Of a stretch of DNA of 64,000 bases, positions 1 through 13,875 are shown piece after piece (the stretch's first letter is position 1; every line of letters begins with the position of its first letter). This DNA comes from Tubulanus polymorphus. Its lineage: Eukaryota; Animalia; Nemertea. The stretch spans positions 8,916,275 through 8,980,274 of the forward strand of contig NC_134032.1 in assembly GCF_964204645.1 (NCBI RefSeq). The letters are read 5' to 3'. A program made the translations under genes and the position numbers. The notes below the pieces were generated by a model that worked only from the letters and a program-made list of their open reading frames with translations, did no database searches and had not been told where the DNA came from.

Positions 1-45
1 TCCTCCCAATTCATTCGGATTATATCTGTTTCTATTTTTTTTCAG

Positions 46-3000
46 AAATCCGCGTGCCGTTGTTACGAGACGCTAAGATGCGTTTGAGGTCGGATTATGA
101 CTGTAAAAAAGCCTATGGCGATAAAGTGAACACCTCGACGGCACTGTGCGCCGGTTATTCGCATTACCAAATAACTGCTTGCGGAGTGAGTACAAAATAG
201 AATTTCAAAATGAATTATAAACTCAAAAACACCTTTTTATGATCATTCGTGTTAATCCTTAAAGAACGGTACTAAGTGTATCTTTCTGTTAGCCCTTGGT
301 GGCACAAATTGTAACCAATGGATATACACAACTGATATTTTGTCGTTCGGAGGGAAATAGGTATTGGAATTGATATGGCAAGTTTCGTCCACCAGCTTCA
401 AGCTGTTCGGAAGTGCCGGGAGAAAATGTGCAAAATTTCAATGAATTTTTTCCTCATTCTACTAATCGATGCTTGTTTCGTGACATCACAGAGAAAGCCC
501 TTCAGAAGGGCATCACTCGGAAATTCCTTTAGAAGGGCTTTCCCAGTGACATCATTATCAAGAATGGCTTTACCATGTACTTGTGACTCATAAAGGAAAC
601 TCATTACCATGTATATTACCAAAATTGAACATGTTTATTACACAATGCACCATGACTTCATCTTTATCAGCTGGTCATACGTTATTGCAAATCCGAGACT
701 AAATCGATTTGTGTGCTCAAAACTAAAATGTACTCAGTTGATCCTACTGGACCCATGGTCCTTTATTTCCTATGATACTTCAAATCCATTCGCAGGAATT
801 GTCGACAAGCAAAATAGGTCGGCAATCTTAAATCGTTGGAATTGTGAAACATGTCGAAACCGAACTATACTCTCTTCAGTTGAATAAAAATCCACGACGG
901 AGCTATGTTGACCTATTTCGAAGTTGAACCACTCGTATTACGGTTATGCGCGTTAGGAAAATGCTAAATGTTCAATGAAATGGCGGCGCGCGGTAGGAAG
1001 TCCCCTCGGTGCGTCATCTCGAAACACAAATTGTTAAATAAGGTCAGTCGTCGAGAAAGATATTCAAAAACTTCGAACGCAGAATCAGACGGCAAATGAT
1101 CTCATAAACCTCAGGAAAATGGGGGCGTATAGATATTATAAGGATTCTAGGCTAGTTCGAGATTCGCGAATGGTTTTACGCTCGGTAAAATTATGCGGTA
1201 TTTGGGTTCACTGCGTCGCTGATATGAAAATCCGAAATCGCCAGCAAAAATCTGCGAAGGTGTTAGAATTGAGTTTAGCGAGTAAGGGACTGTATAGCTG
1301 ATCGATATTTAATCAAAACTTACATATAAGTAATAACGATGATTTATTTCATCGTCAATTAAATCGAATACAAAATTACAAATCAAGTACCGCATACATG
1401 ACAGAATTAGTAGATTGATGATAGCGACCCGAACAGAGCCATCGAGGCTGTACAATCACTTGGACGCTATGTTTAAAAAAATGAACGCCTACAAACTGAA
1501 AATCTTTTCAATAAAGAATGCGTGTAGTTGTTTCGTGCGGTTATCAATTAACACTCGAGATGATAATTGCGCGTCGATTCAAAAAAAACATAATTTTCAA
1601 TTTATATTTTTTCCAAACGCGTCGATTGAAATTTGAATAATGAATAATTTCAGCGCGTGCGCGATGATGAGTTTTCCTCAGGGGATTGCAGCGGCGCCGC
1701 GCGATCTAGGCGTGTTGCGCGAAAACCGAGAGATTTCATACAGAACGCAGAGATATTGCTTGGGTATGAATGGTATATTTTACGCAAGCGGGTTGGAACA
1801 TCGCTTATTCCGCCCGATAAGCCGTGACAGAGGCGATGCATCAAAGTTTCGATAAAAGTCGATCTGCTGAAGACACACTCTCAGCTGCTAATTTGTCTTA
1901 ATTTTGCCAACTCGTACGGAGACCCGGAGGGGACATGGTGAGAAATAGATATATTTTTTATTCGTTCGAACGAGAAACATTTCAATCGTTAGAACGAATA
2001 ACACTTCGTGCGAAGGAAAACAAAAATATTTATTTCCCACTATGTCCCCTCCGGGGCTCCGTAAACTCGATTACAAAATCGTTAAGGCGGGCGAAGGTCG
2101 GCCTTGCGACGGCTTGCGACTCACTGCGACGCGACTCACTGCGACCGCCAGCGACGATCGCGTCGCAACGACTCACTGACCTACGCTACCTTGCGACTGC
2201 CAGCGTCCATGGAACTCAAATCAAACTAAACTTGATTTGAGTTCAATACAGCGACGGGTTGCGACTGCCAGCGACGCCAGTCGCAATGAGTCGCACAGGT
2301 TCTACTTTCTCCGACGCGACTCGACCGTCGCAACCGACCTGCGTGCTGTTGCGACTGGCAGCAACTAGTCGCACACAGTCGCTGACAACCGCATCGCAAC
2401 CGACTTGCGCGGCCACTTGTGACGCAACGCGACGATCGCGTCGCGTCGCAAGGCCGACCTACGCCCGCCTTTACGAATTCGCTTTTCGTATTGAAACAAC
2501 TCTTGATTCATCGATGCGGTTTTTATCGGCGTTAGAGCATTTACAATCATCATCTCCGAAATATCCGAATCTTTTGGAAATATGGTACGATATTCATTTC
2601 TTTTCGATTCGATAGAAAACGAGATAAATATCGATACGGGAGGTTTTTGCAGAATATTAGAGAGGACCACAGAGGAGCCTTGAGGCTGTGAATGTTTGAG
2701 CCTTTTTCTACATGAATACAGTTTTTGAAAAGGAGAAGTTTTCTATTTCGCAAACTGATGATGATGCGGATTTGCTTTTCTTTTCTTTTTTTTTGTTTAG
2801 TTCGTCGATCTAGCCGCGTTTCACGCGTGTAATCATTTTCGATAATCAACTTCGCTAATTTGAAGCGCATTCTTTTGCTGCTCTATGGATTTTGATTTGT
2901 CGCATAATATCGCTGCCAGTTGTTATCAGCCTTGATTTTCACCGATTGAAATTTCGATTTCTCTCGGGAGAATATTCGCTTCCCCGTAAATTATTCGCGC

Positions 3001-4225
3001 GTGTGTGGATATCACGATTTTCGGCTAGAGACGCATCAAACTGCGCCGTTCAAATGACGATTGAGAGGGTTCGGCGATCCCTTCGCGACTGCGCATTCTA
3101 TTTAGACGGTCGACTCCAGAATCCTGGAATTTACTACCTAGCTAGTCTTACTGATTGATCCTCATTTTTGCTGAGCTTCAAAGTTGACCCGACCGGTCGC
3201 CTCTTATGCCTTGGACATAAACTCGTTTAAATCATGACGAACAATGACAGACCCGACAGCTACACCGGATGACAAGTTTCTTTGCAGAGTACATAATTTC
3301 TCCCCGGCCGAAAAAAGGTATCCTTTTCAGCCTTTGGTCGAGTTACGGAGTTATTGAATTGTGTTTTATCGAAGCTTCATTAGTTTTTTCAAAATCGTTT
3401 TCGAAATGGTTTTTCCATCAGGTCCCCATAGACGCATCCGTAATATTTCAACATAAAAACTATATTCGATAAATTCAAAATTTTTCCGATTTCACGTTCC
3501 TTATCTCGAAACTAATTCGTTAACGACGATTAATGAAAACGTAATAGCTGTTTTTCGTAAAAGAAGTTCGCAGGTTCACCAGGGAATCTTGGTGTCTGAA
3601 TCTTGGTTCCTAGGCGTCGACCACTGCGGATACAACCACTTCCACGAATGGGTGAACCCCCAGGATGCCAGGAGGATTTTTTTCGAATTCATCGCCACTT
3701 ACCATAATCTATCACAATTCATCATTATCATTGTTACTATTTCGGTCCTTGGCAATCTCATTCTTATCTTTGCTCGCATGTGTTACTTACTACATGTGTT
3801 TCTATGTTCTTTGTGATATTGCAAATAAAATACAAATAAAATACAAAATATTATGATAATAATCATTTTAATTTTCTGAATTCATCGTGATCTTCTTATA
3901 CATCTCTGCCCTACGTTCAGTCGGTTTGATTAGGAATAAAAAGCTCACAGAGAATTCGCCGTGAATTTCGTCCATTTTCATTTTACCATCGACTCAAGTG
4001 TTCAATTCTTTACTTTTACTTGATCTTTTTCAGGGCGACAGTGGAAGTCCGTTGGTTTGTTTGGATGGCACCAATCTGTGGCGTCTGGTCGGAGTGGTCA
4101 GCGGCGGCGTTCCTTGTGAAGATATCGACGATCCAAAATCCGGTCGTGCGGGTAAACCGGATGTTTATACACGCGTGTCGGCCTTCCAACCCTGGATACG
4201 CGACACCATCAGTGCGCATGTCTGA
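46..4225 (+). CDS. S1A (chymotrypsin-fold) serine protease, last two coding exons (46-185 and 4034-4225); 5' part lies outside the window
   Basis: Exon 46-185 (ttcag|...GGA|gtgag) reads [46 protein letters not shown]. It splices in phase 0 to 4034 (tttttcag|), which reads [63 protein letters not shown]. The catalytic Ser motif GDSGSP, LCAG and VYTRV...WI are all present. Confidence 0.93.
2085..2470. mobile_element. PIF/Harbinger-type MITE (GCGAC-rich) in the protease intron
   Basis: About 27-bp TIRs (AGGCGGGCGAAGGTCGGCCTTGCGACG / CGTCGCAAGGCCGACCTACGCCCGCCT) flanked by TTA on both sides. A second copy lies in the opposite orientation at about 24950-25210. Confidence 0.75.
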
Positions 4226-7200
4226 ACGCGTAATCATCGACTGGTCGCTCCTGGGTCACGAACGAATAAACATCATGACCAGTTGTGACCATCTTTTGGC
4301 CATAAGACTAGACTAATCACGGCACCAGTTATGACCCTGTGCCATAAATTAAACTAAACACGTGACCATCAATACTGCGAGAGATACCAATGGGAATAGC
4401 ACAGAATGGTATCCATCTCATCTCGAACTATCTACGAGGGTAATTTGATGACGTCATAAAGCGATTATGGAGAAAGAAAATGAGGCACCGACACGGCTTC
4501 TGTGGCAAGCGAGGATTCTTCGAGGATCCGCCAGGTTCGCTAGCGGTTACCGAGTTAATGCGCTTCAGTTTCAATCGAATTTTAAGCCAACACTCAGCGA
4601 TTGTGACGATTCGTTTGATAATATCGGGATACTAAAAAATAAAGTTCGAATTTCATCGAAAATCAACTCATCTGCGCTACACATTTCTACACCATCGTCA
4701 CATTTGTTTACGCTCGTTTCCTAGACGAGAGGTATGTACAAGGGAAATCAATAAGTTTTACAGTTGCGTTATAACTGGGTAAATCGTAGCGCCATCCGGT
4801 GCGTATTGGTACTCCTTACGCGCCAGTTGTATGCTTCCGGTTCGATTCCATGGCGTACAGAACATCACGTGAATATAAGCCGGGCGCTATTTTTTCGGCG
4901 GATGGCGTGATTAGTGCGTGTGAGTGCTGCTGCTGCTACTGCTGGCGGGGGTAATACTGTGATTCGACGCGAATTACTTCCGCATCGAAGTCGTGCATCA
5001 ATGGACGCGATTTAACGGGTGACTTATTATTAGAAATTCGTATCGACGTCGGTGATTTCTGTTTCGACGCGAGAAAACCTTTCAAGTTTCGATTCGTGAT
5101 TCTAAAAAACCATCTTAATGATGATAAGTACCGCCAGTGTCCGTTAAGTCCAACCCGAAGATCCACCTACGCACCCGTCAATTCTGCTAAACTGTGACAA
5201 TGGTGGCATCCCTAATCATCAGACCGATCCGAGAAAATTCGGATCCGCGAATTTTTGCAATAATGCTAGTTTTACCCCGGATACAGCGGCGCACCTGTCA
5301 ACTAAACTGCGAAAGTACATACACTAAGCTATGGCAGGTTAAATAAAAAAGCATGTTAATCCACTAAAAGGATCAGTTTATTTTTCCTGCATCTAACTCT
5401 ATTCGGAGCTAGTGGAGCGGTGGGAGGTAGGAGGGCGGAGAGGTTATCCATTGAATTCTAAAGAAGTATTGCTTATCCGATTAGCAGTTTTTCAAAAACC
5501 ATTTCTTTCTGACAATCTGCTCCATCTACACTCTGCATAATGTGTATAAGCGCATTTCTGTCAGCGTCGTTAGTGCCACGAATCATCGGATCATGAATGG
5601 CCGCTCTAATTACACGGTGCGCACAAGTTTGACCGACGTTTCAATGTCTCAGCGCCCATCTGAACGACTTTCAATGGCTTCTTATTACTACTATAACGGC
5701 GCGTAAAGATCAATTATCTCATAGTCTATGAATAGGAATAGTATGATTACATACAGGGAGTTCCGCCCATGCGCTAAGCTGTATCGATCGGCGGAATTCG
5801 AACTATACTGGCAGTGTGTGGTTTCACCTCTACGACCCTATACACAGACCCAACATAAAATTGTTCGGTTGCTTGTTGATTTAGTTTCTTACGTGGTTTT
5901 TAAGTCGCGTTATTGCCTTGAACCGCATCCTCAATGATGTTCACGTTTTCTGGAGTTCACCGAATAAGTTTACATTTGTATTTGCTGTAAGCAGTCAGTA
6001 ACCGCACTGATAGTTTAGATATATGTATAAGATTGGGTATTTTCAATACTCATCGAAATGTGATGACATAAGGAAGGGACAGTTGCGGAGGGGATAGTCA
6101 GTAGCTAATAACTGGACTGGGGTTTAGTTCCATGGCTCCATTTTCAAGTTCCTATGGTTGAATGACGATTTCGTCGGTCACTAACTACCCACATTGCTCA
6201 TGAATATAACCACGCTATAAGATATCACGAATTGGTACTTTGAATTGCGCGTGCAACAAAGTCGATTGATATTTACTTCATAGAGACCATATTCTCTACT
6301 GGTGGAAATAACGACCTTCGTCCTTAGGCTGAAAATGATTACGTCGTTTCTCCGCAGCGGCCGGGTCACTCATGTGATTGCGACAACAATTTTAATCAGT
6401 TCATTTCTATAGCTGCCGGGTCTGTAATGCTTAGCCTGATTGATCTTAAAAAGTAATGTACGTGGTTGGCGGCCGGCGGGGTCAATTTTTAAGCTCAGCA
6501 GTCGGGGAACAAATCATCATTTCATAGCTTTCAGCAGCGTTAAAGAGGTTACAAGAAAAACATATCCAACTAACGCGACTAAAATGTGGCTAGTTTTTCC
6601 GATTGCGCTTTTTGGAATACCTCTTTGCGGCGGTCGTCTGACGTGAAGGCTGCCAAAAATAAGTCGTATTTGACGGCTTATAAAGCGGCATTCAGCGGCG
6701 AGGTTTTGAAATTAAGAAACCGTGACGCACGCGAACGCCTCGAAAGAGCACTTAATCCGTAAACCAGATTCCGGATTTCCCTCGCAATCCGGAATTTCTA
6801 TTTTTGAAACCGAATCACTAAGAAATCTGCTATATATACAGTCGGTTACCGTTTAGAACTTCCTTTATTTATTACGCAGGAGGTGAATTGACATGCCAAC
6901 GGTATGAAAAGAAATCCAACTACTATGTTTTTAGATTTTATTACCGGTAGTACAATTTTTTACGTTTTAAACAATTCTATACTATACCTTTTTATGTATT
7001 ATTATTCGATACTATGACATCTATTATATCCTTATAGATATTGGAATGATTATCATAATCTTGTTACTATTACATCGATGAGAATTTTGTAATTTTCAAA
7101 GTATTTTTGAATAAATGATTTAAAGTTTATTTTATACGAAAAAAGTCCTGAAGTTTTGAGATGAAATATTGATAATTCGAGGGCCACCCTCTTTCAAGTT

Positions 7201-8087
7201 CACTGATGATTGTCCGGGATTTAGTAGCAGCCCTTTTACTGTGACACATGGGGAATTATGGACCGCAGCCATATATTTTGTACGGGTCTTTGGGGGTAAG
7301 TTGATAATGTTTTCATCAATTTACGCAGTCATCTGTCTAGAAATGCTACCAGTATGATTATTTGATGATGGCATATCGAAATATTGACGTAGGAAGCCTA
7401 TTTCCTAAAAGGGCCCCGAGGGATTTATGTTTTTCGCAATTTTTTTTTTTTAAACACACTTCTGTTCCCATCCATTTTAGAATGCCCGTTACAAATATAT
7501 TCTTTTCTTCTGTTATCTTTTTGATATTTTACCTTCTCTCTCTAATTCTTACTCCATTGATTGATAAAAAGAATTATGACTGGTAATGTAACAAGCGGAA
7601 AATGCCCGGGGAATTGTCGTTAATACCAAATAGATGGTTTTCAGCCACGGCCTTGTTTTCTTTGTTTATAATCATATCTATATCAGTATTCCCTTTTCCT
7701 TTGTATGGTACTCGTTAGGGAAGAGAAGAAAGATAAGACTGTAATATCCCCTCGATCGAAGATCACTGGAAATAATCTGAGCGTTTTGTCTGAGTAAATG
7801 TGATTATTAGTATGCTGGCAGAGCCGGAGATTAGTTTATTTGATGTTGCCTTATCGCTTATCGATGCACGCAGTACAGACGCTTAGACCTAGGCTCACTT
7901 AGGGGTTTTCACTGCTAGACGCTCATGTCTGGAGGTTTATCTAATACACTAAAGATCCTTTATTATATCACCGATGACCAGTGACACCATCCAAAAATCC
8001 CACTGCCCGATATTCACTGGGACAGGCAACCACCATATTCCAAAGTTACGGATTGGTTAATTTCGAATGGCTTCGCAGGGGCGGGTC

Positions 8088-8351
8088 CATCCGCCCTCGG
8101 CATGGATTCGAACCTGATGGTATCGTTACACGAAACCCTGCCACACTAGACTGAGTGCGCTGCTTCGATTATGTCATTTTTAGCCGAACAAATATTCCGT
8201 TTTTTTCCTATCCGTTTATAGTTCTTCCGTGAAATTTTCATCGGCGGTGATACAAAACGAGCAAGTTTCAATCCGATTGGTGCCGCAAGTTTTCGTGCCG
8301 TGGATGAGTGTAGCGAAGCCGTCAGGTTAGAATCCCTCCCGGGGGAGGATG
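8088..8351. mobile_element. MITE with tRNA-like long TIRs (same family as 31492-31823)
   Basis: Ends are CATCCGCCC...GGGAGGATG. The flanking 9-mers gggcgggtc / ggaagggtc match at 7 of 9 positions. The interior is homologous to the reverse complement of 31492-31823. Confidence 0.65.
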
Positions 8352-9331
8352 GGAAGGGTCAAAAATTTGAACTTGAAGATTGCCGCACATGCAGCACGCG
8401 CGATAGTCGTTATTCAAGTGCCCTCGGAAAAAATATTCACGAAATAGAACCCGCTGTACACAAGTGGTTGAAAAAAATTCATCAAGTAAATTTTCATTCG
8501 ATACGATCAGTTTACAAGCTGCCTTGTTGACATTTCTCTTCCATGTTCCTCGAGCGACGGGAACATTCATTAATATAACGCGAAATTTCAAAATTTTGAA
8601 AATATTCATACTTCGAGCTTCGTCCCTCGCAGGGTGTGGATTGTGGCCCTTTTTAAAGTTCATTCCTTTTTTGCGAATTTTGTTCCCGCAATAACACGCA
8701 CCCTCGGGATGGCAAGGCGTGCCATTGCGGGGACAAAATTCGCGCAAGTGTCAGGTTGGCTCAACAATGAACTGTCGATACATGTCGACTACCCATTGGT
8801 TAACTGAACCAACTTTTGAGCAAAAAAATTGACCCCTTGCAATATTATCATTCTTATCGTAAAATATTTGCGGATACCGATGTAAATCGTCGAAAATCTA
8901 CTCCGCTGACATGTAGCTAGCAGCACTGCAGTATGGGTGATTCATTCCGGTTTGAACTATGTTGTAAATAGAGATCAACAGATGTAAAGTCACGCAACAC
9001 TGACATATTGAATCAATTAAGGTGGAAATCGATAGTCGAATTGGAACAGACTGCATAATCAACGGATCGTAAATTAGAGAGCTGTGGCACGCTCGCCAAC
9101 TGAATCCGACCTCTTCACGCTCCATTTATAGGCTGGCGTTAAAAAGTATTAGCGCTACTCAGTTCAATATCGTTTTCTGTGTGTAAAGTAATTTTCTGAA
9201 TGGATATTTGCGTATAAATACATAATAAAATGACTGCAATGAAAACCCGCTTTTTACAGATTGAAAGTATTGAAAACTGAAAACCGATAATTTATGGCTT
9301 CTGATTAAAAACTTCCTCAATCAGCCTGTTC

Positions 9332-9734
9332 AATGGTGGCTGATAAGGGCCATAGCGTAAAATTTCTGGTATGTAAATGAGGGCGCCAGAACGCCAAAAC
9401 GAAAAAAAAACGTCCAATTTTCTCTAAAAGTTCGTTTTGGCGCGCCAAAACAAAGAAAATTCCGTTTTGGCGGGGGCGCCAAAACGGAATTTTCATTTTG
9501 GCGCCCCCGCTTACTGTGGTTGAATGTTTGTTTTGGCGGGGGCGCCAAAACAGAAATAACCGCGCCAAAACGAATTTTTCTCCGTTTTGGCGCGCCAAAA
9601 CTTTTAGAGAAATTTCGACGTTTTTCGTTGTTTTGTTGGGGGCGCCAAAACGAAAGTTCGTTTTGGCGGGGGCGCCCAAACGGAATTTTCTTCGTTTTGG
9701 CGCGCCAAAACGAACTTTTAGAGAAAATTGGACG
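9332..9734. mobile_element. Non-autonomous DNA transposon fragment with palindromic TTTTGGCGCGCCAAAA subrepeats
   Basis: Starts with ATGGTGGCTGATAAGGGCCAT, the same terminus as the TIR element at 33474-34491. The segment 9411-9734 is itself an inverted repeat built from GTTTTGGCG/CGCCAAAAC units. Confidence 0.6.
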
Positions 9735-9764
9735 AAAATTCTCGTTTGACCTAATCATTCATTG

Positions 9765-9806
9765 ATTCGACGTTTCGACTATAACCTAATAGTCATCTTC
9801 AGGAAT
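9765..9806 (-). ncRNA. Minimal type I hammerhead ribozyme (Penelope-like element type)
   Basis: Minus strand reads ATTC-CTGAAGA-T-GACTAT-TAGGTT-ATAGTC-GAAA-C-GTC-GAAT. This gives core CUGANGA and GAAA, a 6-bp stem II, a 4-bp stem I, a palindromic ACGT stem III and a GUC cleavage triplet. Confidence 0.6.
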
Positions 9807-10620
9807 ACATACGTACTCGAACCGCGTGCTCAATGAAACTAATTCGTACAGGCGGTATATAAAGTAAATTCAACTACAAGATGAAATGAAATGAGTAATG
9901 GGTAATGAGTAATGCATAGAGTTCAGATTTAGCTGGTTGCTGTGTGTTCGACGATGAATCTAAACCTTGAATTCTAAATTTCGAATTCTATATTTAGTGT
10001 TGTCTGAGTGATATTAATCAACATTTGAAATGAGTTAGGGCTAAGTGGGGTTAGATTTATTGATATAGATTTGGGCACACACATTCATTACGCATATATA
10101 TATGAATACGGTTAATATAGCCAATGTGATGCGCGTACGCTTAACACTGCTCGTCTGTTGAGCGCACTTGTAATTTTTGACCGATGGCGCTGCTGGACTC
10201 AATTCTGCGCTTACTGCACAGCACATGTTTTTCTTCCGCTGACGGGCGAACGGCTTTATGACGGCTTAACGGCGCATGTCCGGACGTTATTCGGTCGGGT
10301 GCATTTCTGCATTGGACCAAGCAATAAAGATATCTACACCGAAGCAGCTGATACATATGGTTACAACTGGACACAGCGCCAGGTCGCGCCGTGATTTTAT
10401 TTGCGGATTTCTTGATCCGGAAAACGTGCAAAACAATACTTCTTGCAACTAGAATATCTCAATTCTTAGTTATCTAAATTGACGATGAGGTTGGCGATTT
10501 GATAATATTGTTATACGTTGCTCTACGCGATTTATTGACAAAATGCTCAAACATCTCGCGCAATATCAATTAAGTCATCCATATTTCTATGATTTGTATT
10601 GCGATTCTATCGTTGACGAT

Positions 10621-10684
10621 AATAATAATAATAATGATAATAATGATAATAATAATAATGATAATGATAATAATAATAACAATG

Positions 10685-10718
<34 letters not shown>

Positions 10719-10738
10719 TAGTGATAATAACAATAATA
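10621..10738. repeat. (AAT/GAT)n microsatellite
   Basis: Directly visible; explains the poly-N and poly-I ORFs in the track. Confidence 0.95.
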
Positions 10739-12451
10739 TTGTGGTATCACTTATTTAGCGTTAAATCCAGTGAAGTTGCTCAGGGGGCACTTTACATTTG
10801 CATCAGTCATCTCTCCATAGGGTTAAGTAACACCGAGCAGCAAACAAGCGGTCAGAAGTCATATATCAGCCCAGGTGCCCAATTACTCGCAAGGTGGACA
10901 CCACGTAAATGTACTGCCACGACCCGCGACCCGGCTTCCCCTAACCGAACTCTCTAACCAATCTCCCACACCACTCCTAGAAATAAAGAGCTTCCGATTT
11001 TGAGGCGCCTACGCGAAAGGTAAAATGCACCACGTGTCAGGTTGGTGAATATCGAGTACGCACGATTAGCTCTGAATTGGGATTGATTGGAAAAGTATCG
11101 CTTTATATTGATACTTATCGGTTGATTTAGGTTCCTGGTGGGGGTATTTATGGCAATCTAAGATGTCACACGAAGGGGAAGAATATTTTTGGAATACGGT
11201 TCTCTTATGGCATGCAAGCGAGCTGTGAGGGTGACATAGAAGAACGGATTTTGGTAGTCATCTGGAAGTGTCTAGCGGGCAGATTCGATGACGTCATACG
11301 GGTATTCATGAAGTGGCACCGGAATAAATGTCAAAGGGGCCTGTAACGTATACAAATATAGCCGTGTTTTCTGGCAGGTTTTATGGGATAATGTGGTGTT
11401 GAGGTCGTTTGGGGATTTTAGAGTATAATAAACGCAACTAATATAGTTTAATGTAGTAGGTTTACGACGCTCGTAATACTACTCTCTGGTGTGAGTATCA
11501 GGTGTTCCGTGATTATATAGCTGATTATCAACTCAAAAGTTACCGATGCTATGTAATTCGATTCAAAATGTGATACTCGCTGACGCCTCATTTATGTGAC
11601 GACGCCTGTAGTTTCAGCACGGATTCATTAATCTTAATGCCGCATTATCATATCTAATAACAAAACAGTGAGATAAACCTTGCAGTTAGGAATAGAGAAT
11701 ACAGGTTTCTACGATTGACATCATAGATTTAAATGAAATAATGTATCAACTCGGAAATTTTTATTCCAACGTTTTGGTAAAAATATCAGTTATCCCTGTT
11801 CATCCCCGCTTGGCAGTGTTCCGATATCGCTCCCGAACTTGCCTTGGGAGGACCAATCAATCCTTTTACATATAAAGGACACCTAAGGTTTCCGATTGGC
11901 CGATTAGCCGCTATGTCATTTCTTATGGAACAATGCAAGACCGTTTTTTAAGCGGAGAGCTGGCTATGATTGGCTGGTAAGCTGGCCGAAATTGACCAAT
12001 CAGCGACCGTTTAACATACAGAATAGTATATCGAAAATCCCACAGTAATATAAGGGTAGATAAAGTCCGGAAAGTTTCCTTTGAGCTATGAATGTATTCA
12101 TTCATTCAACGTTTCGACTATACCTGATAGTCCTCTTCTTGAAGGTGAAAGTCGAAACATTGGATGAATAAGATTTTTAGCTGAAAGGAAATTTCTCGAA
12201 CTTAATCTTCCGTTATATGAGTGTGGATTTTCTTAATAGCGTTAGCGCTTCACCAAGGTTATGCACAGTTTCAGTGTAGTTTATTTACTCCACAAGTTAT
12301 GATAACATTGCACAGAGCACAAAAATTACACAGAAATAACAGCAAATTACAAAAATTATAATGATAGTATGAGTAATAATGATATTGATAGTAATATTGA
12401 TAATGATAATAATGAAAATAATATTAATAATAGTGATAACAATAATAAATA

Positions 12452-12952
12452 TAGCTGTAAAGCAGCGATAACGGGTTTTCTGGATGCATGTGATCGAAAG
12501 GAAAAATTAATTACCAGGTATTCGATGGAAAAAATAAAATGAGATGATTTGGATATTATCGGAGCAATCCTCTTTTTGGTTGAATGGTCTGACCCCAGTA
12601 TAGTCCCCCGCGATTTGGAAATTCTTGGAGCCCTCCTTTATTTACTTACTAAATGACGTCACAAACTGTTATTTCGCCCGTGCTTGTTGTCTAACAATTC
12701 AATTCAATTCTTTATTTACAGTAACCTAATAAGTAATTTTAAGTTTCAAATGGGATGGAAAGTATATTCAGACAATCTGTTGGTTCAGAGAGACCGTTAT
12801 TACAGTATAAATTTATTCATTTCGTTTCGAAGCTGTCAGTTGCCGAATCTGAATGAAGATGAATTTTATTTGACGAAATCGGCGGAAAATATATAATAAT
12901 AATAATCAACAGAATTTCAAGAGGGTTTTCGACGAAAGTCAGAAAACCCTAA
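12452..12952 (+). mobile_element. Helentron-associated (HINE/DINE-1-like) non-autonomous element, copy 1
   Basis: 5' end AGCTGTAAAGCAGCGATAACGGGTTTTCTG; 3' hairpin AGGGTTTTC-GACGAAAGTCA-GAAAACCCT, giving a subterminal inverted repeat plus a terminal stem-loop. A near-identical inverted copy lies at 20890-21390. Confidence 0.65.
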
Positions 12953-13875
12953 TAATCATCATGATAATTGTAATGACTATTATAATGCAAATGAAGATAA
13001 AGGTACAGCGCAATTGTAGTATCGAAATCTGATGATAATACACTATATTAAGTAAACGATTTTATACCTATTTTGATGAATATCGCCAGATTGAGCAAAG
13101 TTTTACCTCTCAAACAGAAAAGGTTATGTAGGGTATTTTCATTGGGATGTAACTAGGTAGTAGTAACTAGGTGTAAATTTGCTTCTCAGGCTTTGAAAAA
13201 AGGACATACTAAAAGAAAATGGAATTCGTCTCCAGTTGCTGCCAAATTTCATTTCTAACAAATTCTATGGTTTCGCTCAATCTAACGATATCTACTGATT
13301 TCAATAGGAAACTTATGGTTTGAGCGAGCATCTGAATCGACACAAGGCTAAACAAGGCTGAATCGACACATATTTGATAATAATACAGGAGACAGAGTTT
13401 CACATTGTCTTGCCCCTAAATAGCTATCGAAAGAATCTGACATTTCATTATCAGAAAAAAACACATGATTTGATACCTTGATACATATTATGTATAACGT
13501 TAAGTACTTTGCCAGTGACGCAACAGTTAATAAGTTTGTGCCACAAAGCCCTTGTCCAAATAGAGTCGAAGGCTTTTTTATAATCTATAAAGGTACAATA
13601 GAGTTTTTGATTGTTGTTTAGGAAGGTGTCGACTAGAGCCTTGAGGGTACCGGCAAAAGATAGTCATTTTCTTAGCACTCGGTATTGTAGTTCCATAAAA
13701 CATTGCATTTCGATAATCTTATGTAACATGATACTAAACACGCCCTCGCATAGCCCAAAAACTGCGAAACGCTGACACTCATGGAAAAATGAAAAAAATG
13801 TTCGGAAAGCACTCACAAACAGCTGAACAAAAACCAATCAAGTTCGAATTTAAGCTAATCTTGAAAGAAAAATGC

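Noticed and set aside
9317-9765. Overlapping ORFs on both strands
   Set aside because: Products of the palindromic GC-rich subrepeats.
10543-10957. Poly-Asn and poly-Ile ORFs
   Set aside because: AAT microsatellite.
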